From Cetorhinus maximus (lineage: Eukaryota): a stretch of 64,000 bases of DNA. This document shows, one piece after another, positions 1 to 13,423 of this stretch. The notes under the pieces were generated by a model. That model had not been told where the DNA came from and did no database searches. It worked only from the letters and a program-made list of their open reading frames with translations. The stretch's first letter is position 1. The number at the start of each line of letters is the position of its first letter. The stretch lies in contig NC_135896.1 in NCBI RefSeq assembly GCF_964194155.1, forward strand, positions 51,522,001-51,586,000, read 5' to 3'. Position numbers and translations under genes: made by a program.

Positions 1-1048
1 GATGAAGAAGAGAAACCTGAAGGGAAAAAACTCAAAGATATTTGTATGCAAGAAATGAGGGAATTACCTTGTGAGGATGATTTGAAAACCACATCTGTAA
101 AGCAAGAAGTAGAAAGTATAGAACAAACTGATAATAACGAGAAAATGGTAACTCAGGCTGAAGATATACGAAAAGAGATTGTGGACAAGTCTCCAAAAGG
201 CAAAGGAAGGAGGAGTAGGACACGGGATTTTTATTCAGAAAATAGTAAGACTATCCTTGTTAATCACATAATTACTGAAAGCAGAGAAGACATGGAAAAA
301 TTGGAAAGCTCAGAGGTCAAGCAGTTACCTGTTCCCAGTGTGCCTGAAGAAGCAGTCCCAGTTATAGACACTGGCTTGTCAAATGAACTTACAAATGATG
401 AGAAGAAACCAGGGAAAAGAAAATCTCCGGAGCAGTTAACGCCTGATAAAAGACTTCGAATAGAAAGTGAAGAAAAATTGCAAACTGTAAAAGATGTAGC
501 TATTGAGAATGTGGAGTACTTTGCAGGTGATTTTGAAGAATCTAAAACTGTTGAAAGGTTAGAACTTGAAAATGGTGAAGCTTCTCCTTTAGAGATTGTG
601 ACAAATAGGTGTGTGAAGCAGGAATTGGAAGCGCCCTGTCTAGAAATTGAAGAGAATATTTCATTGAAAACTGATGAAGATATTATGCCTCCAATTGGAC
701 CTGAAGCTTTAGTTTGCCATGAGGTAGATTTGGATGACTTTGATGAAAAAGAGAAAAGTAGCAATGAAGATGTACGCGCTGGAAACTCTGGATCCAATTC
801 TCCTGAATCAGTGATAGCTGTTGTATCTGGCTCAGTGCAGCAGGTTTTGCCAATTGCTTCCCCAGCACTGCTTCATCAGGATGAGGTTCGTAGCGTAAAA
901 AGTGAAAGTGACATTACTATTGAAGTGGACAGTGTTGCTGGAGAATCGCAGGAAGGATTGTGCGAGAGTGAGTCTGCCAATGGGTTTGATGCCAGTACAA
1001 GCTCGAGCAGCAGCATTATAGTACAAGAGACTGAGAACAAGGAAAAAG
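1..1048 (+). CDS. ARID4A: ARID4A (RBBP1) large internal coding exon, 5'-truncated by the window edge
   Basis: Open frame from base 1 (DEEEKPEGK...) containing IGPEALVCHEVDLDD (LxCxE) and RSVKSESDITIEVDSVAGESQEGLCE. It ends at the donor AAAG|gtagac (GT 1049-1050), phase 1. Confidence 0.95.
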
Positions 1049-1549
1049 GTAGACATTTGTATACATAAGCAGCATTGTTAACTATGGAATTAATTCTGAA
1101 ATGTTGGATAATTTGGGTAGTATGTTTCAGGTTTTGTTGGGGGCACTTTTTATTTTGCATTTTCATTCCTTCTCACTGCTCTCTGTGCCAGACACCATTT
1201 GCTGATCAGGTGGGCAAACAAGCAACCTATTTCGAGGCTTCTGGCAAAGCCACTCTGAACACTGTTAAAAAGTTTGTAGAAAGGCGAATCTCCCTCTCTT
1301 ATTAATATTCTGCATGCTATTTTTTCAAGGAAGTAGCTGCATGGATGATCTCCCAGGCCATTTAAGTGGAAAACACTGTTACTGTCCTTTTTAGTGGTTC
1401 CCAAAATACCATCCTTTTTGAAAAAAATATTATTAATTCATTTTTGCTAGTGTCTTGCATACTTGTAATCATTTTGCACACTTTTAAGAATTACATTTCT
1501 ATCTCCTTCCTGTTTTGGAAATGTTCAATTACGCTTGGGTAGAACTCAA

Positions 1550-1715
1550 ACTCTCTAGTACCTCAAGAGGGCATATTCTTGGTGTGAGCCTATGCAGTGA
1601 AAAGCCTATTTCAGTATGAGAGACATCACAGCAAAACCACATCTAAAGTCACACACCTGCTCATCTAAAATCTTGTGTAACCAGGGATCAATGGATAACA
1701 TCAATCAGAAGCAAT
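1550..1715 (-). mobile_element. Old SINE-like fragment (family also at 31255-31470 and 33380-33695)
   Basis: Diverged similarity among the three copies around ctatccagtgacccctgctg and cacatgaagaatggcc motifs. Confidence 0.45.
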
Positions 1716-2261
1716 CATGTGTGGGGTGTGTAAAATTAATTCTCTGGAAACATGGCAGTCAAGTGGCCCAAATGCTTGGGAGCTTTCATGAGTAACAACA
1801 GCACCATTAGAAGCCATTCAGGGAAATAGCTAAATGGGACTAATTTATTAGACAAAACCAGGGAGCAAAAGACTTATTTTAAAGATTACTTATTGTCATA
1901 TGGCTCAGCCTCCAGCAGAGAAGGTATGGCTTAACTTTTATCAGATGTATTAGGAATGATCCAAGTAAAATTCAGGTGATGTGCAAGATTTGGGTAAAGC
2001 ATTTTGTGTATCCTGGGTCTATATGGGGTTTTGATTATGGCTGGACCCACAGAAGAAATTTCCATCTATAAGCACTCTAAAAACCACTTGGCATTGACCT
2101 TTATTTATACCAGTGTCTTATAGGCATGAACATGTTGATATTTAAATGAAATCCAGGAACCAGTTGGGTCTTTAATAACTATAACCTCAGTAGCTCAGCA
2201 GCTTAGTTGTTCTGCAGCAGCATGGTTTACTTTTGCATTCAATTGTTTTAATTTCATGTAG

Positions 2262-2366
2262 GTCAGAAAAGAATAAGTGACAACAGCAATGGGACACCAG
2301 CGAAGAAACAAAAGCGTAGCCACAAACGGTCAAATGTGTCCAGTAAGAATGAAAAGAATGGAACTG
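2262..2366 (+). CDS. ARID4A: ARID4A coding exon (105 nt)
   Basis: tag|GTCAG...ACTG|gtagg; encodes GQKRISDNSNGTPAKKQKRSHKRSNVSSKNEKNGT; phase 1-1. Confidence 0.93.
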
Positions 2367-2453
2367 GTAGGCTCTGAAGCCAGAACTTTAAAACAAGTTT
2401 TTACCTTTTTATTAAATGCATGCATGTTTTTAATTCTGATTTTATTTATAAAG

Positions 2454-2654
2454 GTAATAGCAGTGACAGTGAGGACCTTGCAGTCACTGACAACTCCAAT
2501 AAATGCACTCCAGTGAAGAGCTCAAATAAGTCTCAAAAACTTGGCAGATCCCCTTCAAGGACTTCTCCGAACAGTAAAGATGGGGATAAGCATAAAGAGA
2601 AAGATGGAAGTGATGGTACATCACCCAGGACTTATAAATGGAGTTTCCAGCTCA
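2454..2654 (+). CDS. ARID4A: ARID4A coding exon (201 nt)
   Basis: aag|GTAAT...CTCA|gtaag; encodes [22 protein letters not shown]...[11 protein letters not shown], which resembles human ARID4A. Confidence 0.95.
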
Positions 2655-3559
2655 GTAAGAAAACTTTACATTTACTTGATGCATCAAACAACTTAATGTG
2701 CTAACCTACCATGTTGATATGAGAGGATGGAGTGTAAAAATAACTGATGAATTTGAAATAAATCTTCTCAGTTTATTCTACAAAGTAAATTTTTGTTTGG
2801 CCAATTACCATCTCCACCAGCAATAGCGTGCAGGTTGGTGTTAATGCAAAGTACCTGCTTTTAGATGCATCTAGAGCTATTGTGCATGAGTGCTTGGGTG
2901 AAATGCCAAAATTTGTATGACAGAACTCATTTTCTTGAATCTTTTCTGCTGGCTCAATTTTCAAGCGATGGGAGTCGGAATCTAATGTGGCTATGTTTTC
3001 TTCAGTGTTGCACACCACCTCCTTCACATTAAACTGTTAAATGATTAAACTGTTTTTGTTAATTAATGGAATGTCAAAAAAAGTATTTATGGTGCTGATT
3101 CTAATTGGACAGCTGAGGCTGATAGAAAAAAGCAATGCTGCAGAGATCTCTACTGCCCATAATGTCTAAATGTAACAATGGCTTAGAGCTACATGGAATA
3201 TGTATGTAATACAATTAGTCTGATCTGCGGGTACTCGAAATAGCCAGCATGTTTATTGTGTTTGACTTCAATGGAAATGGCAAATGGTTAGCGATATTTG
3301 CTTAATTAGGTGGCTGGCCATGATGAACATGGATGGTGTAAATGGTGGAGACTATTCTTTATTTGTACCTGTAATTTGCAGTCAATTAAAATTTTGCATT
3401 GTACTATCTCAGTGTTTGTCGTTGCTGCATTTGAAAAATGAACCTTACTTGAACAGAAGGGGAAAACTTTTTTTTGCTGGTGCTGGGGAGTGAGCTGGGC
3501 CAAGTGGACTAAGTGTCTGTGGGGAATACTTGGGTGAGAAAATCATGATGTCATAAGAT

Positions 3560-5720
3560 TTAGACATGTATTACAGTGGAGTAAGGAGCAATCTAAAGTG
3601 GAAGAGAGCTAATTTCAATGGGATGAAAAGAGATCTAGCCAAAGTAAAATGGAACAAAAGACTGACAGAAAAAAATCTGTAACAGAAAAATGGGTGATCT
3701 TTAAGGAGATGCCTTCGGTATAGGCTAGGTACATTCCAACAAGAGTGCAAGGTAGGAGAACCAAAACCAGGGCTCCTTGGATGACAAGGGAGATAGAGAA
3801 TATGATGAAATAAAGAAAAGAGGATGTATGATGCATGTCTGGTAAATTCTTTAAGTGAGAGTCAGGTTAAATGCAGAAGGTTGAGAGAGGAAGTGAAGAG
3901 GGAAAGTAAGACTGGCAAAGAGACAATATAAGAATAGAATGGCACTCAACATAAAAAGGAATCCAAAAATCATCAGCTGACATGTAAATAGTAAGAGGGT
4001 AGTAGGAGGTGGCATGGTCTTATTTGGGATAAGAGGGTGATATATGCTTAGAGGCACAGGGCAAGGCTAGAATACTTAATGTGTACTTTGTAGATTGTTT
4101 ACTAAGGAGGAGGAATCTGACAAAATATCAGGGGAGGTAGAGGTAATGGATAGGGTGAAAATTGAAATGCAGCATGTGCTGGAAAGGCAGTCAATGCATG
4201 GAGTGGGTAAATCACTTGGTCCAGATGGCTTGCATCCCAGGTTGCTAAAGGAAGTTGGGGTGGAGATAATGGAAGGGCTTGCCATAATCTTCTCATCATC
4301 CCTGGATACAGGGGAGATGCCAGAGGACTGGAGAATGACAAATGCCTTATTCAAGAAAGTGTGTAAGGGTATTCATAGCAGCTACAGGCCAGTTAGTTTA
4401 ATGTCAGTGATAAACAAGGTATTAGAAACAATGAACAGGGGGGAAAGTCAACAGGCACTTGGAGAGATTTGGGTTAGTTAAGGATAACCAGCGCAGATTT
4501 GTAAAAGGCAGATCGTGCTTACTATTCTAATTAATTTTTTTGATGAAGTAACAGAGAAGGTTGATGAAGGGAATGCAATGGATGTTGTCTATATGGATCT
4601 CAAGAAAGAAGTCTGCTTAACAAAATTGTGACTCGTAATAGGAGGGTCAATGTCAATTTGGATTTTAAAAAAGCTGTGTTGAGGACAGAAAACAGCGAGT
4701 TTTGATTAATGGTTATTTTTCAGACTGGGGGATGGTGGACAATGCTGTTTCCCCAAGGTTCAGTGCTAGGACCACTGCTTTTTTGAGATATCATTGGAAT
4801 ACAGAGTAAAATTTCAAAATTTACCAATGATACCAAACTTGGAGGTGTGGCAAACAGTGAGGATGATACTAATTGACTGCAACAGGACATAGGCTAACAG
4901 AATGGGCAGCCAAGTGACAGATGGAATTTAACACAGAGAAGTGTGAGGTGCTGCATTTTGGCAGAAGGGATAGGGAGAGTCAATGTAGAATTAATGGCAC
5001 ACTTCTAATGAGCGTGCAGAGACTGGAGGACTTGGGGGCTGCACATGCATGGACCTTTTAAGGTGGCAGGATGTACTGAGAGAGTGGTTAGCAAAGCATA
5101 AGGGATCTTGCGTTTCATAACGGAGGCATTGAGTACATAAGTAGGGAAGTTATGCTGAATCTTAATAAAGCTCTGGTTCAGTCACAACTAGAGTATTGCC
5201 TCCAGTTATGGCCACCACACTTAAGGGAAGGATATGAGGCTCCTTGAGAGTGTGCAGAGGAAATTTACTGAAACGATATCAGACAGACGATTTTAGCCAC
5301 AAGGTTAGGTTGGAAAAGCTGGCATTGCTCTCCTTGGAGCTGAGGAGATTTGATAGAGGTGTACAGATAATAACAGATTTGGATAAGGTGGACAAGGAAA
5401 ATCTGTTCCCCTTAGCTGATGTTACAAGGACCAGGAGACAGAGATTTAAGATTTTGGGCAAGATGTGCAGGGGAAATGTAAAGGTGAACTTTTTTCCACA
5501 TTGAGTCGTAATGATTTGGAACTCGCTGGCCACGAGGTTGGTAGAAATAGAAATGATGAATGATTTCGAAGGGAAATTGGATGGGCGGTTGAAAGAAATA
5601 AACTTGCAGAGCTACGAGGATAGAGCGGTGCAAAGGGACTGACTGGCATGACCCACAGAGAGCTGACATGGACTCGATGGGCTGAATGGCCTCCTGTGCC
5701 GTAAACAACTCTAAATTACT
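3560..5720 (+). mobile_element. CR1-clade LINE, decayed ORF2 (RT) plus 3' tail
   Basis: ORF 4095-4481 contains GPDGLHPRLLKE, PEDWR and SYRPVSL. Downstream PQGSVLGP-like RT motifs; tail gatgggctgaatggcctcct. Confidence 0.9.
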
Positions 5721-5799
5721 CTAATCATGTCATGTTGATCATTTTATTTATGTTACCAAGTTGATGCTGGAGTGAATCCAGCATGAGATTGACTGCAGA

Positions 5800-6135
5800 A
5801 TGAGTGTGACCTAATCGAGATCTTTAAAATTATGAAAGGTTTTGATATAATAGAAAGTGTGTTTCCATTTGTGAAGAAGAGCAAAACTAGAGGCCATCAA
5901 TATATGATTGTCCACCAAGAAATCAAATAGGGAATTCAGAAGGAACTTAATGAGTGGTGAGATGTCGACCTCGCTACCTCGAGAAGTAGTTGAGGCAAAT
6001 AGTGTTGATGCATTTAAGGGGAAGCTAGTTAATTATATGACAAAGAAGTGATAGATTTAGATGCGGAGGCTTATGTGGTGCACTAAGTGTCAGCTTGGGC
6101 AAATGGCCTCTTGCAGTGCTGTATATTCTATGGAA
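5800..6135 (+). mobile_element. CR1 3' fragment
   Basis: gacctaatcgagatctttaaaattatg (DLIEIFKIM) and tail aaatggcctcttgcagtgctgta. Confidence 0.7.
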
Positions 6136-7206
6136 AATGACTCTGGTTATCTCTAAAATGTTCAGATATGGAAATGCATGAGGTTTATGTGGTTTGTTTC
6201 GAAGTGTCCGCACATTCTAATAGGAGGCAATTGAAGTGACTTTTTTGGGAGGTGAGAGTAGCGACTAGAGGGCTGTTATACTGGGAAGGTGCTCCATATT
6301 TGTCATTTTTTTAATGCTTCTGATATGCAGCTTTTAACATGATGCTGATGTTTAAAATTAACCCACCAGATAGCCAATGCCTGAACACAAAATATTTAAT
6401 TTTTGTGCTCCGAACAATCTGGCCGGTTCTGCTTTTCATGGATCCGATTAGATATCTGATGGCAGTCATATGACCTATGCCTCCATTAATCCTTTGAATT
6501 GATTGGACCATGGGAATTGAATGAACAATTATTATGTTCTTCCAGAGTTTTGATTGGTCTATTGGATCAACACACCTGTACTTCCTGTTAATTGCTTGCA
6601 GCATTCACAAGTTTACTAGAGGGGCAGCAACAATTAATGACTGTATTTTGACTAAGCATCCACACCAGAAATGTCAACTTTTTTTTCCTCCACAGACATT
6701 ATCTGACCTGCCAAATGTTTCCAGCACATTGTATTTTATGTTTTAGATTTGCAGCAACTGTGGTATTTTGCATTTCTTTAGTTAGTTAACCTGTTTCAGA
6801 GCATTTCATCTATTTATACTTCATGCATTACAATCCGCCTCAAACTGAACCCCATGGTCACAACCTCAGTGTCTGACAATGTGTTGGCACTAGAAATGTG
6901 AGATGAGTTTTTGTCTAGTAAAATTGATGCATTTTTAGGTTTATCCATCCTTGTGCTGTTTGTAACCACAGAACTGACCAATAGTAGTAATGTTAATGAC
7001 GCCTTGGTGTGATTGATAATGGATAAAGAAAGACATTAAAAGTTGGGTATTAAGTTGCTTTCCTGGAAATGAAATTGAAAATTAGTTTGTGTTGATGAAG
7101 AATAAATAATATACAATTCATTTGGATCCTGTCCTATTTATTGTAATTTAACTGGAAACGTTTTTAAAAATGTGTGTGTGGATTTAATCATTCATCTTTT
7201 CAACAG

Positions 7207-7353
7207 CTGACCTTAACAACCTGACAAGTGCTGAACGAATAGCCTTTCTACAAGATAAATTACAGGAGATCAGAAAATATTACATGTCTTTGAAATCTGA
7301 AGTAGCATCCATAGACAGGAGGAGAAAACGGTTAAAAAAGAAAGAAAGAGAAG
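7207..7353 (+). CDS. ARID4A: ARID4A penultimate coding exon (147 nt), C-terminal coiled region
   Basis: cag|CTGAC...GAAG|gtaat; encodes [48 protein letters not shown]. Confidence 0.96.
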
Positions 7354-7419
7354 GTAATATCCAATATAATTTATGACTTGCTCAGTAGCATGAATAACAA
7401 TGTTTCATATTCTTTTTAC

Positions 7420-8950
7420 ATTGGAACAGGAGTCGGCCATTCGGCCACTCAGTCAGATTATTGCCAACCTGTACTTAAACTCCATTTATGCACTTTTTTA
7501 TATATATCCCATCCCCTATGAATTTCTTTTTTGAAATTTCAATAGGCCCAGCGCCCAGAGCCTTTTGGGTTAGAGTATTCCAGTTTTCCACTATGCTTCT
7601 TGTGGAAAAAGTGCTTCTCGATTTCACTCTTGATTGGCCAAGCTCTGATTTCAAAATTATGCTTCCTTGTTCTCAATTCTCCACCAGAAGGACTAGATTC
7701 CCTGCATCAAGGCTATTGAATCTTTTGCCCATTTTTAACAGCCCAATTTCTAAACTCTCTAGAGTGATATAAACCAAGCTTATGCAACCTTTACATAAAA
7801 TCTAACCCTTTCAAACCAGTATCATTCTACTGAATGTGTGCTGCACCCCCTCCAAGGTCAATGTATCCTTCCTAAGTGTGGTACCCAAACTTAACTCCAG
7901 GTGGGGTCACACTAAGGTTCTATACAATTGAAGCATCATTTCCTCCCCTTTATATTCCAGCTCTGCGATATAGCCAACATTCCATTTGAGTTTTTGATTA
8001 CTTTTTGAACCTGTGCACTAACTTTTAATGGCTTGTTTACATGAACATTCTAATCCCTTGGGCAAAACATTTTCGCTCGGCGGGCAGGCGCGTGCCGACG
8101 TCAACACACAGTCGCACGATAGCTCGGTCAGCGGGCACGCGCTGGAGCTGGCAGCGCGCCCGCTGACAGTTAAAAGGTCTGTTAAGGCCATTAAGTAATC
8201 AATTAACTTAAATTTTTCACTGCCCGCCCAACCTAACAGTTGCTGGGCAGGCGAAAAGGCCAAGTGGCCTTGTGCATTTTTTTGAAAACTTCATCTGCGG
8301 GCAGGATGAGGTTTCCAAAAGCAAATAAGGGTAAAATAAAAGTTTTAAAATTGAATTAATAACATGTCCCTGCTCACATGACGGGACATGTTTTATTACA
8401 TTTTTATTTTCTTTTTTAACAACGCTTCATCTCCCTGAGGCAGCACTGTGCGTCAGGGAGATTGTGAAGCGCTCAGCCGGCTCACCCTTATCTCTTCCCA
8501 CCCTCCCTGCACAGGCAGTGCTGCTGCTGGTGTTTCACGCTGGGCGGGCCTTAATTGGCTAGCCAGTGTGAAATTGCAGTCCGTTCCCGATCACGGCTGG
8601 TGGTCGGCTTCCTGCCCGGCCCTGCCAAGCCTGCCCGCCAAAGGCAAAATTCTGCTCCTTTGCTCCTCTTCGTCTTTCACTATAAAGAAAATGTTCTGAC
8701 TTCTCTTTCTCCGTCCAAAGTGGATGACCTTGGATTTCTGGAATTCCATCTAACTTAATTTTTCCCATTCGCTTCATCTGTTTATGTTCCTTCGTAACTT
8801 CCTTCTCTCAACTGTACAACTTACTCCTAATTTAGTGTCATTTGAAAACTTGGGTATTCAGCACTCTAGCTCCTTCAACCATCATTAATAATTATACTGA
8901 AAAGTTGAGCCCCCAGTATAGATCCCTGGGAACAAAAATGTTCCCTTTGT
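7420..8950 (-). mobile_element. Old CR1 fragment interrupted by a MITE
   Basis: Reverse CR1 tail (ggaacaggagtcggccattc); host sequence is continuous across 8060-8657. Confidence 0.7.
8060..8657. mobile_element. PIF/Harbinger-like non-autonomous DNA transposon (MITE)
   Basis: Termini gggcaaaacatttt...aaaattctgctc; 3-bp TSD CTT (8057-59 and 8658-60); internally similar to 39436-40127. Confidence 0.75.
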
Positions 8951-9668
8951 TTCTAGTCACATTCTCTGAGCTGCTAAACAATGACCAACCCAATCTAAAT
9001 CTTACAATGAAGAGATTAATTTAAACACAAAAGAGTCTCGAACGTTCCTTCCTATTTTTCCTCAAGCTAACTGATAATATTGCTTTTTTTTCAATTGAGA
9101 TCGACATTTTTTATCATTGTTACTATATAGTAATGTAATTGAAATTGATTACATAATATTCAACATGAAGCTAACCAAAATAGCATTAGTCATTCAGTCT
9201 TTATATTTAATATTTCTTCATATTGTTCATTTTCATGCTGTGGTAAGATCTAAAAATGTGTTTCTTACTCTTGTTATTTTCTGTCTTTTAATGCTCCCTC
9301 CCTAAAGAAGATGACAGACTTCCCAGATTTCATCTCATGTTGCTGGTGAGCCAGCAAAACAGCACCTGGTGACTCACCAGGTTTTATGAGCTTTTTTTCC
9401 CACCTCTCCTTGTGGGGAAGCATCTGATTTTCTGTTGGGCTCGTCTTCTGATGACATAATCTGGATTGGGCACTTAACTTGTGGAGAATCAAGTCTGAAC
9501 CTGTCAGCCTTTGGGACGGCGTGTTGAAAGTTCAATGAACAAGACAACCTATTATAAACTTTGAGATCTTACAAGGACCAGTTATAATAATTATCAGTGC
9601 ATATACTGACATTGTACAATATTTTATGCAGATCTGTTTGCTAATTTATATGATCTTTTACCCTATAG

Positions 9669-9772
9669 TTACATCTGCAGCTCCAGGCACATCGTCTGCT
9701 TCTTCAGAAACTGGAATGAGTCCTACTTCCTCTTCACCAGCCCAGAATAGTGTGGCAGTAGAGTGCAGGTGA
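9669..9772 (+). CDS. ARID4A: ARID4A last coding exon with stop codon
   Basis: tag|TTACA...; encodes VTSAAPGTSSASSETGMSPTSSSPAQNSVAVECR then TGA at 9770-9772. AVECR is the ARID4 C-terminus. Confidence 0.96.
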
Positions 9773-11590
9773 TGAAACGCCCCTCCAACCTTCACTATCC
9801 CTTTCCACAGCAGCTGCTGCCATGACACAAGTGCTATAAACCCTGGAACATTAACATAGGAAACACTCAGCTGATTGGACTTGTGCATTACCAGTGGGAT
9901 TCAAGTAAATGTTTCCTACTCCACCTGGTTAACTTCCAGTTCCTTTAGCACTGCAAGGCACAGAGTTGAATGTAATTTGGAAATGCGACATGGTTCACTG
10001 ATGACTACTGTCCACTCTATTACATGATAAAGCACTTTGTGGAAGCCTCTCAGTGAATTAATAAAATGAATGTGACCATTTTCTTCGGAAGACACACGCA
10101 GAACAATAACTGCGCCAGAAGAAAGCTTTGTTGGTAATGGAACGGATGATGCAAAGTATGAGCCCAGTAAGCACAGTTCATATGTTGGGTTAGTAGTTCC
10201 AATTCAGTCTTAGTTGTGGGAGCATTAGCTATGTTGAACTGCCAAAGTACACGGTGAGCAGAGTGCCCTATTTTGTGTAATTTGGAAATGGGACAAAATA
10301 GATTGTTACAGGAAATTTAGTGTATTGAAAACTGAAACTGTAATGAAAAATGTCTTCCGCTATTTTGCTGTTGGATTTTGAGCACACAGTTATGCAAATG
10401 AGATTTCTTATTTAAATTTTGTAATGTTTACAGTCATTGGAGAAGCTGGTTTTCAGTAGACTAATTTCTGTAGCAAGACTATTTTGTCTCTTTTTATATG
10501 TAATTGCAGAGTTTTTATTTTATTACAAAAAAGTTTCAAATATATCACAGCAATGAAGTTATTTAACAAAAATTTCTAGATCTGAGAATTTTGTGTAAAA
10601 TAAAAAAAATTGTATTATCTTGCAACTTGTGAAGTATATTTATTCAGACAAGGCAATGGACATAATACTTGTATTTTTTATGTATTTTTAAACAAGAAAG
10701 AAAGATATTTTCAGACTTGGTTCAGTTTTCCAGGTTTGTTGGCTCTAATTTACAAGATGTTACAAACCTTGAATTACGATTTCAAATCATTTCAAAAGCA
10801 GGGTGGCCTGCCCTGAATTACGTATCCTGTAAGGTTCAGTTGTTTAGCTTTATGGTCACACTGCCTAATGGTAAAATGTGTATTATTTGCCCTGTTAAAC
10901 AAGGCTGGTTGGTCCAACCTTTGAAACTATGCCAAATTATCTACAATCCAAACATTGTACAATTAAAAGCAGCATAGCACAACAAAAACTACAAGGAATT
11001 ATGGTTACCATTAGGTGGCTGTGTAGAATTTTCAGTCCATGGGTACAGCCATGGTGACTCCATTGCATACTTTGTATATATTTCAACTCTTCCAGAACCA
11101 TGTATTTAAAGGATACAGTTTGCACATATATTGTGTACAGATGTGATTATTTTATCAATTTTTATCCATACTTGTACTGTACATTGTAAGGAGTTGGTGT
11201 CCCTTCCCAATGTTTAATATACTGTAGAGTAATAGTGTGAATGCTCTAGACTGTTTGTATATTATGATACTGTGGTTCAGAACAGCATTGGGCCTGAGGT
11301 GGATTGTAATAGTATTCCATAGAACTGCTAACAAATCAATGTCCATTCATTTTATGTTTGAGATTTTTTTTGTATTTCTTGACAGCGTGAAATTGTAGTA
11401 GTTATTACAATGGATTTTTTTCTTCCACACTTGTAGTGGGAGAGAATAATTTGACAATGGCTAAACTTTCTAAAAGCAGAGCAAACTTTTTTTTTCTCTC
11501 TTCCACTTGCAAAGCTGGTGTATCGTAATGTGAAATAAAATGGAGCTCAGTACAGAGTTTAATAAAGGCCAAGTTTTAAGAAATCTGCTT
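9773..11590 (+). other. ARID4A: ARID4A 3'UTR with alternative polyadenylation signals
   Basis: AU-rich and free of recognisable repeats. AATAAA at 10060, 10599, 11534 and 11561. The end point is inferred. Confidence 0.6.
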
Positions 11591-12419
11591 TGAATTATTT
11601 TTGTCACATTTTGTGACATTTTCTGCATGATGCACCATTCCCTAGCTAAGAAAGTGGGCTGGCAACCTACTTCTAAGCCCCATGCCATTGCTGTTCTCAG
11701 TCTGGTTAAGTGGCACATAATAAAAGTTCAAGTGGCGTGCTCATTAACTTAGTACCTCCCTTAGTGACTCAGATGAAATTGAGAACCTGCTTTGCTGGAA
11801 AATTGGAATGTGGTGATACGAATAAGATATTGGGCTCAATCACTATTAGAAGTAGTGTGGCACATCACTTATTTCCTCGAAAAGAAAATGAAATCATTCA
11901 TGTGGTATGTTCCTACAAGGAAAACATACATTCCAGCAGAAATGATCTTCTCAATTTATTTATTTTCCACTTCCAGTAATGTTTTAAATATTATCATTTC
12001 ATTAACCATTTACAAAACACAAAATATGAAGAACTTAAACCATTAAGATGCTGAAATTCTCACACATCCTTGCTTAGATTTTGAAAAAGAGATAGTGTCC
12101 TGATACGTTATCCTCCTCCTCCTCATTGATCTCTGCAGCCCTAGACATGCGCATTATACTTTCCCTCTCCAATGCCTCTCCTCCATTGTCCAGCTCTGTG
12201 GTATTGCCCTTGCTTGGTTCCATTATTACCTGTCCAATTGTAACCAGAGAGCATCTTCAGCAGCGGCTTTTCTTTCCACTCCTGCACAGTTATTTCCAGA
12301 GTCCCACAAATATGTATCCTGGATTCCCCTCTGCTTCCTCACCTATATGGCAGCCCTTTGGCAAATTCAACATTAGATGGGGATCAGCATTCACATGTAT
12401 GCTGCTGAAACTGCCTCTC

Positions 12420-13070
12420 CACCATCTCTCTCAAGCTCTCAGATAACTCTACATTTAGACTGCTTTGCTGACAGTTTTATATGAGCCATAACTTCCTTCA
12501 GTTAGATTTGGAAAGGCCAAAGCCAGAGTATTTGGCCGCCATTACAAACTCTATACCTTTGCCACTGACTTCAACCCCATCCAGGGCCACTGTTTTAGGC
12601 TGAAGCAGAATGTTCACAACCTTCGTGGCCTGTTTACTCCAAGTTGAGCATCTGACCTCGTATTTGATGAGACCACCTACTTCCACTTTAGAAACATTGC
12701 ACAGCTTTTTCCCTGCCTCAGCCATGCCTTCATCACCTCAAAATTTCCCTTGCTCCAATGATTCCCTGGGACTTCCATCCTCATGCTTCAAAGTTTGCAT
12801 GCCATCTCAAGCCGTCCAGCTTATATCCTATCCCAAATCAAGTCATGTTTAACCATTATGCCTGACCTCACTGACCTGTTTTGGTTCCTGGTTTCCCAAT
12901 GCCTTAAGTTTAAAATTGTCATCCTCATGTTTAAAACTTAACATGGCCTTGCCTATCTCGATCTTATCCCTGCAATAACCTGCCTACCCCTCCTCCCCCT
13001 GCACCGCCCAAGTACTTTCTGGTTCTCTGACTCTTAATGCTTGTGCAGCATCCTGTCTTCACTGACAGGT
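12420..13070 (+). mobile_element. L2 LINE RT-end fragment
   Basis: Degenerate L2 3' ORF2 motifs such as tttaaaattgtcatcctcatgtttaaa and atggccttgcct. Confidence 0.65.
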
Positions 13071-13423
13071 AGAGATCTGAATGCTGAACAGAACAAATGC
13101 TGTTGTCATGAATAATTGTTCCTGTACTGCTGACAAGCACATTATCACTTACGTAAGGTAAGCCATAGTTGTAATTGAGCACGTTTTCCATTGAACTTAG
13201 AAGTGCTTATTTCTTTAATATATTTTATGAGGAAGCAACAAGTTCGTTACTGAGTATATTAATGCAATAAATGAGTAGCAGTAAACTTTTGAAGGAAGAT
13301 TGAAGAACAGCCATGTACCTTTTTCAGAAGTCCTTGAAACTAAGAGGCAAAGTACTGCAGATGCTGGATATCTGAATTAACAGGAAAATTATGGATACAC
13401 AGGTTGCATCTGTGAAGAAAGGA

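Noticed and set aside
264-797. 177-aa antisense ORF
   Set aside because: Ser/Phe-rich shadow of the Glu/Lys-rich ARID4A exon.
46-1068. 340-aa ORF as a standalone gene
   Set aside because: It is an internal ARID4A exon. The frame is open from base 1 and splices at 1048.
1-9772. Assignment as ARID4B
   Set aside because: The LxCxE motif, the [11 protein letters not shown] sequence and the TIMM9/KIAA0586 synteny all point to ARID4A.
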